DNA of 64,000 nt from Christensenellaceae bacterium (GTDB lineage Bacteria > Bacillota > Clostridia > Christensenellales > UMGS416): assembly GCA_963677605.2 (NCBI GenBank), contig CAXXDX010000002.1, positions 266,057 through 330,056 on the forward strand, written 5' to 3'. A program made the position numbers and the translations under genes. Shown here piece by piece: positions 10,083 through 19,028 of this stretch (position 1 is the stretch's first letter; each line of letters begins with the position of its first letter). The notes under the pieces were generated by a model. It searched no databases. It was not told where the DNA came from and worked only from the letters and a program-made list of their open reading frames with translations.

Positions 10083-11468
10083 TTATTTGCCTGCTATGTC
10101 TGTCAATGTTTCGATTTCGCGTACTTTTGCGAATGTCTCTGTAGGCTCGTCTCCGTCGCCTTCTGTTATAGTATATTGCAGAAGTGACATTGAATCAATT
10201 CCCCAGCGGTGTCCGTTTGAAAAGTCAACAGTTCCGCCCATAGGAATGTCTATCGGGCCCTGCTCCATAGCTTTTATGTAGTTTTCCCATGTAAGAACGT
10301 CTCCGTTTGCTTCTACTCTTTCAAGTCCCTCGACAAATGTAACTGCCGCAATGTATCCAGCGGTTGCAAATGCGTTTGTTGTGTAAGCTGTTTTTACATC
10401 TTCAGCAAGGTCAGCCTGCATCATGCATTCAACATATGCAGCTGCTGCTGCCTGTCCTTCTTCGGACACAACGTCAACCCATGCGTTTGTGTAAATCGGA
10501 CGGTTTTCAGAATACTTAGTGTGGTCAACAGCTGTAGGATCAGCGTTAACATATGATGTGAATACAGGAACTTCTAAGCCTGCGTCATCCATGGCAACCA
10601 ATGATTCTTTAAACGGTGCCTGGTTCATAGCAAGAATAACAACTGCTACGCCAGCATCTTTAAGCTTTTGAACTGCTGTTGCATATGTGCCGTCAGCAAC
10701 TGCTTCAACAACAAGGTTTGCAGCCATTGAGTCTGCATCTGCCTGTGCCTGAACACCTGCGAGTATTGATGAACCTGCATCGTCATTAGTATAAAGAACG
10801 CCGACTTTCGCATCGGAAGCAAGCTTTGCTCCGCCGAAGAGATCTTCGTGGAACACGCGAGCAGCCATAACTCTGCCGTCTGTCATATAAATAGGCTGTA
10901 CTGCCATTATAGGATTCATCGGGCTTTCTTCAAAATAAAGAGCGTTGATGCCTGTAGCAGCATAAACCATAGGTATTCCGTACTCGCTGATATAGTCAAG
11001 TGTTGCCGATACTGTAGGTGTTCCGAAATGTCCGACCAATGCGAAAACTTCATCTTCTTCAGCAAGCTTTTCTGTAAGCGCTGCGCCTGTTGCACCGTCG
11101 AATCCGTCATCATATGTGATAAACTCGATTGTTCTTCCGCCGACACCGCCAGCTTCGTTAATCATCTTAAAATATGCCATTATAGCATCGTTGAACGGTA
11201 CGCCGACAACTGCGAGCGCGCCTGACACTGCAGCAGTGTTTCCGACTGTAACAGTTGTGTCTGTAACACCCTGTGAGTATTCAACAACTTCCTCTTCAGC
11301 AGGTGCCTCTGTTGCAGCTTCCTCTGTTTCTTTTACAACTTCCGCTTCAGCTGTTTTTTCTTCGCTTGCAGGTGCAGGCTCTTCAGCTTTTTGTGAGCAT
11401 GCTGTAAATGCCAGCATTAATACAAGAAGTGCCACTAAAATTTTTGTAAGTCCTTTTGCTTTTTTCAT
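10083..11468 (-). CDS. ABC transporter substrate-binding lipoprotein, LivJ/branched-chain amino acid binding protein superfamily
   Basis: Signal peptide with lipobox (LMLAFTAC). An acidic Ala/Glu-rich linker of about 45 aa follows, then a type-I periplasmic binding fold (VGNTAAVSGALAVVG, FITYDDGFD). It sits next to livHMGF. Confidence 0.85.
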   Translation of the reverse strand: MKKAKGLTKILVALLVLMLAFTACSQKAEEPAPASEEKTAEAEVVKETEEAATEAPAEEEVVEYSQGVTDTTVTVGNTAAVSGALAVVGVPFNDAIMAYFKMINEAGGVGGRTIEFITYDDGFDGATGAALTEKLAEEDEVFALVGHFGTPTVSATLDYISEYGIPMVYAATGINALYFEESPMNPIMAVQPIYMTDGRVMAARVFHEDLFGGAKLASDAKVGVLYTNDDAGSSILAGVQAQADADSMAANLVVEAVADGTYATAVQKLKDAGVAVVILAMNQAPFKESLVAMDDAGLEVPVFTSYVNADPTAVDHTKYSENRPIYTNAWVDVVSEEGQAAAAAYVECMMQADLAEDVKTAYTTNAFATAGYIAAVTFVEGLERVEANGDVLTWENYIKAMEQGPIDIPMGGTVDFSNGHRWGIDSMSLLQYTITEGDGDEPTETFAKVREIETLTDIAGK

Positions 11469-11534
11469 AACCTTTCTCCTTTAAAATTCTTCATCTAGTC
11501 TTTTTTAATAATTATCCGGTCTCCCGGCCAGATC

Positions 11535-12266
11535 CTACTTTTTCTTGTTGCGGTTGCCAAGATATGCCGCAAACAATGATTCGTCGTCCAATAGTTGTTT
11601 TCCTGTGCCTTCGGTTTTGATTTTGCCAAGTTCCAGAACATATGCATAGTCGGCAATCTTAAGTGTCTGATATGCATTCTGCTCAACAATTAATATAGTC
11701 GTTCCTTCCTCCCTGATTCGCTTTAATATAGAGAAAATATCTCTTGTTATAAGAGGCGCAAGCCCCAGTGATGGTTCATCCAGAAGCAGAAGCTTCGGGT
11801 TGCTCATAAGTGCCCTGCCGATAGCAAGCATCTGCTGCTCGCCTCCCGAAAGGGTTGTCGCCTGCTGCTTTCTGCGCTCTTTAAGTACAGGGAAATACGT
11901 AAAAACTTCCTCCAGCGTACGGTTTAGCTGCGCCTTGGATTTCACGCTGTATCCGCCTACCCTTAGGTTTTCTTCGGTTGTAAGCCCTGCAAGTATCATG
12001 CGGCCTTCCGGCGACTGAATTATTCCGCGTTTTGCTATCTTGTGCGCTTCTTTGTTCACTACATCCTTGCCGTCGAACATGACTCTGCCGCTCTTTGCTT
12101 TAACTATTCCCGATATTGTTCTTATAATCGTGCTTTTGCCAGCACCGTTTGCCCCTAGAATGGCAACTATAGTCCCCTGCTCCACACTCATATCAATGCC
12201 TTTAATAGCTTTTATATACCCATAATCCACGATGAGGTTTTCAATAGACAGTATCTTATTCATCAT
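11535..12266 (-). CDS. livF: branched-chain-type ABC transporter ATP-binding protein LivF
   Basis: Walker A GANGAGKST, signature LSGGEQQML, Walker B LLLLDEPS. I place the start at MMNKILSIENL (12264-12266). The upstream part of the track ORF lies inside livG. Confidence 0.9.
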   Translation of the reverse strand: MMNKILSIENLIVDYGYIKAIKGIDMSVEQGTIVAILGANGAGKSTIIRTISGIVKAKSGRVMFDGKDVVNKEAHKIAKRGIIQSPEGRMILAGLTTEENLRVGGYSVKSKAQLNRTLEEVFTYFPVLKERRKQQATTLSGGEQQMLAIGRALMSNPKLLLLDEPSLGLAPLITRDIFSILKRIREEGTTILIVEQNAYQTLKIADYAYVLELGKIKTEGTGKQLLDDESLFAAYLGNRNKKK

Positions 12267-13698
12267 CGTCCTCCGTAAGTGTTCCGCCCAAGTAAGCTTC
12301 CTGAACCAGTGCATTGTCCTGAATCTCTGCAGGAGTTCCAATGGCAAGCTTTTTGCCGAACGATATTGCGCACACCGTGTCGCATATATCCATAACAAGG
12401 CCCATGTCGTGTTCAACAAGGAACACTGTGCAGTTATAATCCTGACGTATCTTATATATCATTTGAGCTAGCTCTTCGGTTTCAGCCTCATTAAGCCCCG
12501 CTGCCGGTTCATCCAAAATAATAAGGCGCGGATTTACCATAAGAGTTCTTGCAAGCTCAATTCTCTTTAATATCCCGTAAGGAAGTCCGTAAGGAATCAT
12601 GTCTTTATATTCGAGCAGCCCCAGCCTTTGAAGCACTTCAAGCGCCTTAGCTCTCATTATCTTTTCTTCTCTTACAATTCTTCTTGAATGAAGAATATGG
12701 TCGCCAAGATTTGCGCCATATAACGAGTGCGCACCGATTAACATGTTCTCAAGTACTGTAAGCTCCCAGATAAGCTCAAGGTTTTGGAATGTGCGGACAA
12801 TACCAAGCTTTATAATGTCATGCACTTTCTTTTTAGTAACATCGATTACTTCACCATTTCTTTTTTTGTAATGAATCTGTCCTCCAGTCGGCTTGTTAAA
12901 CTGTGTGATGCAGTTAAAAACCGTTGTCTTTCCCGCACCGTTAGGGCCGATAAGTCCGAATATCTCGCCTTCTTTTACTTCAAAGCTTATCTCATCAACA
13001 GCTCTTAGTCCGTCAAACTGCATCAAAAGGTCTTCCACTTCAAGAACAGTATTCTCGTTCTTCATCTCGCCGTACATTCCGCTTATAAGCGACTGAAGCG
13101 TGCTGTTATATCTTTCAACAGCATTGTTAAGTTTTATGTCATCTTTTTCAGCTCTATTTTTAAGCTTTGAAAACTTCTCTTCTGCCTTTTTGCCGGCATA
13201 TTCTTTAAACCCATCAAGCTCTTTGTTTTTTGCATTAAGCTTTTCGTTATAAGCTGTTTCCGCTCCCAGATCCTTTTGCGCATCAGCATTTTCTATTTTC
13301 TCATTCCATCCTGCTTTAAAGTCCTCAAGGTTTTTATCCAGCTTTGCTATCTGAGCATTCTTATATGCTTCTGCTTCGTTTTCGCTTTTGGCTTGTGCTA
13401 TTCTCTTTGCTTTTTGTTCCACAGCAAGCCTCGGAAGCCTTTGTTTCTCATTCACTTTCTTGAGTGCTTTTTCATACTTATACTCAAGGCTTTCTTTTTC
13501 CGTCTGCGCCTTTTTCTCAAGGGAATACAAGCTTCTTTTAGCTTTCAGCTGCTTTTTTAAAAGCTTTCTTTGCATGTCCTGATCAAGCTCATTTTTGGCA
13601 ACACCAAGATAGCTCTCATTAAGCCTGATTTTTTCCACAGCGCTGTCCCGCTTTTTGGATATATATTTTATCTTTATGTTATCAATAATTTTCGCCAT
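12256..13698 (-). CDS. livG: LivG-type ABC ATP-binding protein with an N-terminal Lys/Glu-rich extension of about 215 aa
   Basis: The C-terminal ~265 aa carry GPNGAGKTT, LPYGILKRIELARTL and IILDEPAAGL. The N-terminal ~215 aa are K/E/A-rich and in the same open frame. The start ATG overlaps the livM 3' end (AAATATGGCGAAAATTATTGA). Confidence 0.85.
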   Translation of the reverse strand: MAKIIDNIKIKYISKKRDSAVEKIRLNESYLGVAKNELDQDMQRKLLKKQLKAKRSLYSLEKKAQTEKESLEYKYEKALKKVNEKQRLPRLAVEQKAKRIAQAKSENEAEAYKNAQIAKLDKNLEDFKAGWNEKIENADAQKDLGAETAYNEKLNAKNKELDGFKEYAGKKAEEKFSKLKNRAEKDDIKLNNAVERYNSTLQSLISGMYGEMKNENTVLEVEDLLMQFDGLRAVDEISFEVKEGEIFGLIGPNGAGKTTVFNCITQFNKPTGGQIHYKKRNGEVIDVTKKKVHDIIKLGIVRTFQNLELIWELTVLENMLIGAHSLYGANLGDHILHSRRIVREEKIMRAKALEVLQRLGLLEYKDMIPYGLPYGILKRIELARTLMVNPRLIILDEPAAGLNEAETEELAQMIYKIRQDYNCTVFLVEHDMGLVMDICDTVCAISFGKKLAIGTPAEIQDNALVQEAYLGGTLTEDDDE

Positions 13699-14767
13699 AT
13701 TTATATACCTTATATTTTTGAATCAATGATTTTATTTTCACTTTAATATCCGTAAATAGCCTTATAAGACCACCCGGATAAAACATTACGATAACAACAA
13801 TCAAAACACCTGAGAAAATCGCCGAAGAGCCCGGATACTTGTTAAAGAACGCGATGTTTTTAAGCACAGCAAGATCCAGCCCGAAGATTACGAATGTTCC
13901 CATGATTACGCCCCAAATGCTGCGTGAGCCTCCGATAATTACCGCTGCAAGAACATTGAGCGAAAGTGCAAGCGTCCATGACGATGTGTTTGATGCGCGA
14001 AGATATGTCACATACAGCGCGCCGCCGATCATCGCATAGATTGTTGCAAGTATGAAAGCTAAGAGTCTGTATTTTAATATGCTTATTCCCATTGCCTGAG
14101 CTGCCGACTGCGAGTTTTTCATCGCAAGCATGGCTCTTCCTGTTGGGCTGTTTATAATGTTTATAGTAATTACAATCATGACAAACAGCACAGCCAAGAT
14201 CAGAAAATACATCTTCTCCCTGTCCATCTCATAAAAGAACGCAAGCTTTGCCCACGGAACAGATTTAAGCCCCGATGCGCCGCCTGTAAACTGATTGGGA
14301 GTCTTAAACAACTCAAGCAGAATCTCAGACAGACCGAGAGTTATAATCGCAAGGTACATTCCCTCTATCCTGAGTGAAATGAATCCGACTATTCCGCCTA
14401 AAATTATTCCAACAATAATCACTGCTGCAATTACGGCGACATAAGGCAGCGGAATGGGTATTAATTTAAGCAAGTTGCCTGCTATGTAACTGCCCAATCC
14501 AATAAATCCGGCAGTGCCCAATGAAGCAAGACCGGCATATCCCAGAAGGATTGAAAATCCCATACCGACTATCGCATAGATAAGAGTCTGAGCTATGGCC
14601 TTTGACACCGTAAGGCTTATAATGTCATCTGTGTACATGAAAAGAAGCTGCACACATATCAATATCAGTGAAAGAATCACAAATCCGAAAAGAGGATTCT
14701 TTGCAAATCTTTTAAGTCTCTCCGTGAAGAGTTTTCTGTTTTCTTGTTTATATTCGTTTAACATCAT
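13682..14767 (-). CDS. livM: branched-chain-type ABC transporter permease LivM
   Basis: 361-aa polytopic membrane ORF located between livH and livG. It contains the typical GYAGLASLGTAGFIGLGSY block. Confidence 0.85.
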   Translation of the reverse strand: MMLNEYKQENRKLFTERLKRFAKNPLFGFVILSLILICVQLLFMYTDDIISLTVSKAIAQTLIYAIVGMGFSILLGYAGLASLGTAGFIGLGSYIAGNLLKLIPIPLPYVAVIAAVIIVGIILGGIVGFISLRIEGMYLAIITLGLSEILLELFKTPNQFTGGASGLKSVPWAKLAFFYEMDREKMYFLILAVLFVMIVITINIINSPTGRAMLAMKNSQSAAQAMGISILKYRLLAFILATIYAMIGGALYVTYLRASNTSSWTLALSLNVLAAVIIGGSRSIWGVIMGTFVIFGLDLAVLKNIAFFNKYPGSSAIFSGVLIVVIVMFYPGGLIRLFTDIKVKIKSLIQKYKVYKYGENY

Positions 14768-14771
14768 CAGC

Positions 14772-15662
14772 CTACACCTTCTTGTTTATCTTTTTGCCAA
14801 ACAAACCAATAGGCTTGATTAAGATTACCAGCAATATAAGCGAATACAGTATAACGCTGCTCCATAAGCTGTTAAATATCGCGATAAGTGCTTTTGACAG
14901 CGGAAGAAGAACAGCGCCGACTATAGGCCCGTAAAACGATGAAAAGCCGCCAAGCACCGATGCCAAGAATCCGTTTACCTGCACAGCTGTCATCATTGTG
15001 CTTTCAACAGAACCCGTCTGTGATGCAAGAAGTATGGCGGCAACCGAGCCGCATCCGCCTGCAATCGACCAGCTCATAGCTGTTATAATCCTTGTGTTTA
15101 TCCCCATCATGCTTGCCACTTTTTCATTTGAAGCTGTGGCTCTAACTCCAAGTCCCCACTTTGTAAAATACAGAGCTACAAACAGTACAGTTACTATAGC
15201 TGCCGCAACTCCTACAATAAGAAGACCGTTCTTTGTGATATATAAATCCATTCTTCCGACAGAAAACTCTAGATTTCCCTCGATAAACCTCGCAAACTCA
15301 AAAGGTATCGTGCCGAATACCAGAGGTATTAACGCGGATATGATAATAACAAGTCCCATGGTTATCATTTGTTTTCCGACGATACTCACATTCTTTGCTT
15401 TTCTTATTATCATTGTGTCGATAAATAGTCCCAGCAAAAAGCTGACCGCAATGCCTGCTGCAACCGAAAGCCATGGATTAATACCAAGCTTGGTGATAAG
15501 CAGCGCGGAAGTGAATACTCCCACCATTGCCATCATTCCCTGAGCAAAGTTTGTCGTAAATGAAGTGCGGAACACGAGCATTATGCCAGCTGTTGCAAGC
15601 ACCAGAACACCTGCAAGGTGCACATTGCTCAATATAGTCTGCACTATTGTCTGCATACTCAT
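14772..15662 (-). CDS. livH: branched-chain-type ABC transporter permease LivH
   Basis: 296-aa polytopic membrane ORF with TTNFAQGMM near the N-terminus, typical of LivH. It is the first transporter gene in the cluster. Confidence 0.85.
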   Translation of the reverse strand: MSMQTIVQTILSNVHLAGVLVLATAGIMLVFRTSFTTNFAQGMMAMVGVFTSALLITKLGINPWLSVAAGIAVSFLLGLFIDTMIIRKAKNVSIVGKQMITMGLVIIISALIPLVFGTIPFEFARFIEGNLEFSVGRMDLYITKNGLLIVGVAAAIVTVLFVALYFTKWGLGVRATASNEKVASMMGINTRIITAMSWSIAGGCGSVAAILLASQTGSVESTMMTAVQVNGFLASVLGGFSSFYGPIVGAVLLPLSKALIAIFNSLWSSVILYSLILLVILIKPIGLFGKKINKKV

Positions 15663-15666
15663 TCTT

Positions 15667-16692
15667 CTACCCCCAGCGGATTATATTAGCCGCCCAAACA
15701 TATCCGATGCCCGCGGCCAACATACATATTACACTGCCGTCCGAAACTTTTCCTTCATTAATCGCCAAATGCAGCGAAAGAATCTGGTCAATCTGACCCA
15801 TGTGCCCGTAGTTTTCAAGATAAATGCTCTGCTCATCTGTAAGGTTTAAGCTGTCCAGCATAAACTTATGTCCGGATCTTTTGATGTGCAGCATCGCAAG
15901 ATAGGATATATCTTCCATTTTCATTTCAGACTTCTGGGCAGCTTTTTCGATACACTTCATCCAGTTGTCCATTGACACTTCGTTGAGCCTGTCTTTCATC
16001 TTCTTAGCATCCAGAAGCCTCAGCGATTTTTTGCCTTCTTCAAGGTTTTCTTTTGTGAAAGGATTAACCGTACCGCCGATTTCGACACCCGCCGTACGCG
16101 AGAGAGAACCGTCTGATATTATGTGTGAACCTAAAAGAAGATTTTTGCCGTAGTTCTTTTTAAGTATCAGCGCGCCGCCGCCTGCAGAAAGGTTATACAT
16201 CATTGACATCTTAGGATCACTGTAGTCCACGAAATCTACGTTCCTGTATCCGCCGACTATCATAACTGTGTCTATCTCGTCGTCTGCAATCATCATGTCT
16301 TTTGCCATCTTCATGGCGGTCACACATGTGCAGCAACGATTTTGAACATCGATTCCCCATGCGTTAACAGCACCTATTCTGTCCTGAATATATAGAGCCG
16401 ATGTAGTAAGCGGATATTCCTTCCACTCTTCTCCTATGCACACTATAACGTCAATGTCCTCGGGAAAAACGCCTGTGTTTTTAAGACAGTCCATGGCCGC
16501 CAGAGCGCCCATTTCCTGCGTTCCGTCTGAAGCATCATCTCCGGGAACGGTTTTTTCTACAATTCCGAGTTTAGCCTTTACAGCATCTTCCGCCCAAACG
16601 CCGTTAGTGCCATCAGCTACTTGCTTTGCACTCATTCTGCCTTTGGGTATATATATTCCTGTTCCCACTATGCCTACGTTGATTTCACTCAT
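15667..16692 (-). CDS. KASIII (FabH)-like thiolase-fold condensing enzyme
   Basis: 341-aa ORF. N-terminus VGIVGTGIYIP, candidate active-site Cys region WGIDVQNRCCTCVTAM, late HMGQ and AAGIGYVWAA blocks. This is the FabH/chalcone-synthase-like architecture. No ACP gene is present in the window. Confidence 0.7.
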   Translation of the reverse strand: MSEINVGIVGTGIYIPKGRMSAKQVADGTNGVWAEDAVKAKLGIVEKTVPGDDASDGTQEMGALAAMDCLKNTGVFPEDIDVIVCIGEEWKEYPLTTSALYIQDRIGAVNAWGIDVQNRCCTCVTAMKMAKDMMIADDEIDTVMIVGGYRNVDFVDYSDPKMSMMYNLSAGGGALILKKNYGKNLLLGSHIISDGSLSRTAGVEIGGTVNPFTKENLEEGKKSLRLLDAKKMKDRLNEVSMDNWMKCIEKAAQKSEMKMEDISYLAMLHIKRSGHKFMLDSLNLTDEQSIYLENYGHMGQIDQILSLHLAINEGKVSDGSVICMLAAGIGYVWAANIIRWG

Positions 16693-16701
16693 AATAATTC
16701 C

Positions 16702-17423
16702 TTATAGTCTCATTCCGCCGTCTGCCTGCATGATGTGACCTGTCACATAGCTTGCTTCGTCACTCGCCAAAAACAGCGCGACGTTTGCAATCTCTTCAGG
16801 CTGTCCGAGTCTTCCAAGCATTGTCATAGAAGCAAACTTGTCTAAAAGTTCCTGCGGTACGGTTTTTAAGATATCCGTCATGATATATCCGGGAGCGATT
16901 GCATTAACGCGTACGTTACCGCCCTTCATGGCAAACTCTTTTGCCCATGTTTTTGTAAGCCCCATAACACCTGACTTAGTCGCAGCATAGTTTGCCTGAC
17001 CGATGTTTCCAAACACTCCTACAACACTCGAAATGTTTATTATGCTTCGCCTTTTCCGCTTCTTTGCATATGCGGTCCTACAAGTCTTGTAAGATTAAAT
17101 ATGCCTGTTAAGTTTACATTTATAACAGCATCCCACATATCATCTGTCATTTTAAATGTAAGTGCGTCTTTTGTTATTCCTGCATTGTTAACCAAAATGT
17201 CCACAGAACCATACTTTTCTATTGCATAATCAAACAGTTCTTTGCAGTTTTCTCTATCTGTTACATTAATTTTGAAAAATTCAACGTTTTCATCGCTGTA
17301 TGTAAGCTCTGACATATCAGCTGCTATGACTTTTGCACCTTCCTTTGCAAAGCGTTTTGCCATTTCCATTCCCAAGCCTTTAGCTCCGCCTGTTATTATT
17401 GCAGTTTTTCCTTCAAGTCTCAT
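16702..17423 (-). pseudogene. short-chain dehydrogenase/reductase (FabG or acetoacetyl-CoA reductase-like), interrupted by a 1-nt frameshift
   Basis: The N-terminal ORF (17040-17423) has TGGAKGLG and NNAG and ends at GKGEA-stop. A second frame continues directly as SIINISSVVGVFGNIGQANYAATKSG...PGYIMTD (16702 onward). Together the two parts make one normal SDR of about 245 aa. The shift lies near 17044-17050. Confidence 0.8.
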
Positions 17424-17436
17424 ATCCTACTCCTTT

Positions 17437-18642
17437 TTATGCTCTTTTTACTATTACGGCTGTGCCCATTCCGCCGCCTATGCAAAGCGAAGCCAAGCCG
17501 ACTTTATTGTCACGTTTTTTCATCTCATGCAATAACGTTACCAGTATCCTGTTCCCGCTGGCGCCAACCGGATGTCCAAGTGCAATAGCACCACCGTTAA
17601 CGTTTGTTATTTCCATTATCTTTTCTTCTTCGATGCCGTGGTCTTTAGATAGTTGCTTTACAACCCCAATGCTTTGTGCCGCAAATGCTTCATTAAGCTC
17701 TATAAGCTCCATTTCGGAAAGTTTCATATCCGCTTGCTCCAAAGCGTTCTTTATTGCAGGCACAGGTCCCATACCCATTATCTGTGGGTCAACACCACCC
17801 TGCCCGATTCCGATTATTTCAGCCAGAGGTTCAAGTCCGTATTTCTCAACAGCTGCTTCGCTTGCTACTATCACAAATGATGCTCCGTCGTTTATTCCCG
17901 ATGCATTGCCGGCTGTAACGGTGCCGTCTTTTTTAAACACTGCGCGAAGTTTTGAAAGCTTTTCAAGATTTGTAGTCCTGTTTGGATATTCATCTCGTTT
18001 AAACTCAACCGTCTCGCGCTTGACTTTCACTTGAATTGAAACCGTTTCATCATCAAACCTTCCGGCGTCAACAGCTTTTATTGCTTTCTGCTGAGATTCA
18101 TATGCAAACTCATCCTGCTCAGTTCTGCTTATGTCATACTTTTCAGCGATGTTTTCTGCTGTAATTCCCATATGCACTCCTGTAAAGGCATCAGTTAAAG
18201 CATCCTTTACCATATGGTCGGTTGTTCTTATTTCACCCATCTTTACGCCGCTTCTTACGCTTGCTGGCATCAGCATCGGTGCTCCGCTCATGCTTTCAGC
18301 ACCGCCGGCTACAACGATATCTGAAAAACCGCTTTTAACACTTAAAACAGCATTCATAACAGCTTTAAGTCCGCTTCCGCAAAGCATGTTAAGGCTATAT
18401 GCACATACTTCCTGAGGAATACCTGAATTAATCGCTATCTGTCTTGCTATTCCCTGCCCCAAATCAGCGCTTAAGATGTTTCCGCAGATAAGTTCATCCA
18501 CATCGCTGGGATCAATTTTCGCTTCACTTAAAACAGCTTTTACTACTTCGCTTCCAAATGATGCCGGGTGTAATTTGCTCAAAGAGCCTAAAAATGAGCC
18601 GGTGGCAGTTCTCTTTGCTCCGACTATAAATGCTTTTGCCAT
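17437..18642 (-). CDS. acetyl-CoA acetyltransferase (thiolase II)
   Basis: 401-aa ORF with VGAKRTATGSF, NMLCGSGLKAV (nucleophilic Cys), NVNGGAIALGHPVGASG and LCIGGGMG. Confidence 0.93.
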   Translation of the reverse strand: MAKAFIVGAKRTATGSFLGSLSKLHPASFGSEVVKAVLSEAKIDPSDVDELICGNILSADLGQGIARQIAINSGIPQEVCAYSLNMLCGSGLKAVMNAVLSVKSGFSDIVVAGGAESMSGAPMLMPASVRSGVKMGEIRTTDHMVKDALTDAFTGVHMGITAENIAEKYDISRTEQDEFAYESQQKAIKAVDAGRFDDETVSIQVKVKRETVEFKRDEYPNRTTNLEKLSKLRAVFKKDGTVTAGNASGINDGASFVIVASEAAVEKYGLEPLAEIIGIGQGGVDPQIMGMGPVPAIKNALEQADMKLSEMELIELNEAFAAQSIGVVKQLSKDHGIEEEKIMEITNVNGGAIALGHPVGASGNRILVTLLHEMKKRDNKVGLASLCIGGGMGTAVIVKRA

Positions 18643-18705
18643 AAATGACCTCCGTATTATAAAGGGATATTTCCCTATGCTGCTAATGAATAATCATAAA
18701 AACTA

Positions 18706-18718
18706 ATATGAATCATAT
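18706..18718. promoter_or_regulatory. 13-bp palindrome ATATGA-A-TCATAT within an ATGAAT-rich array; candidate repressor operator in the thiolase operon leader
   Basis: Perfect inverted repeat. ATGAAT or ATGAATCA recurs five times between 18684 and 18735, downstream of the predicted promoter and upstream of the thiolase start. Confidence 0.35.
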
Positions 18719-18746
18719 TATGAATTATGAATCAGTCTTCATGTTT

Positions 18747-18775
18747 ATATTGTCACAACATTTATATCTTGTCAA
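18747..18775 (-). promoter_or_regulatory. putative sigma-A promoter of the thiolase-to-hydrolase operon
   Basis: The minus strand reads TTGACA (18770-18775), a 17-nt spacer, then CAATAT (18747-18752) preceded by TGA (extended -10-like). Confidence 0.4.
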
Positions 18776-18972
18776 GCATAAAATCAAGTTTTTTTAGATG
18801 TTTTTCACATATATAGTTATTTATTTTTATGTAATGTAATTAATTTCTAAATGGTGAATCATATTTCATATACTATCATTATGTTAAACAATTTGATAAA
18901 TAACTAGTAGAATGCACTTATAAGCTGATTTGCTGTACTTTATCCTCTAAAAACATACATAAGTAGTTTTGC

Positions 18973-19003
18973 AAAATAAAAGCATATCATCTAATGATAT
19001 GCT
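18973..19003 (-). terminator. Rho-independent terminator after the dTDP-glucose dehydratase gene
   Basis: The minus strand reads AGCATATCAT-TAG-ATGATATGCT followed by TTTATTTTG. Confidence 0.65.
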
Positions 19004-19028
19004 GAAATTCTAATCATCAATTAAATAA

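Noticed and set aside
12267-12419. 51-codon N-terminal extension of livF in the ORF track
   Set aside because: The extension lies inside the livG coding region in another frame. MMNKILSIENL is the normal LivF start and overlaps the livG stop region.
14998-15543. 181-aa plus-strand ORF antisense to livH
   Set aside because: It is a shadow ORF of a membrane-protein gene. The composition mirrors the complement of hydrophobic codons, and there is no independent start signal.
17040-17050. Programmed ribosomal frameshifting as an explanation for the split SDR gene
   Set aside because: There is no slippery heptamer, and no downstream pseudoknot or hairpin is evident. A simple 1-nt indel in GAA(A)GC explains the split.
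17399-18034. 211-aa plus-strand ORF antisense to the thiolase gene
   Set aside because: It lies entirely inside a very well supported minus-strand gene. The translation is low-complexity (Pro/Ser/Ala/Ile-rich) with no recognisable motif and no RBS. This is a typical shadow ORF.
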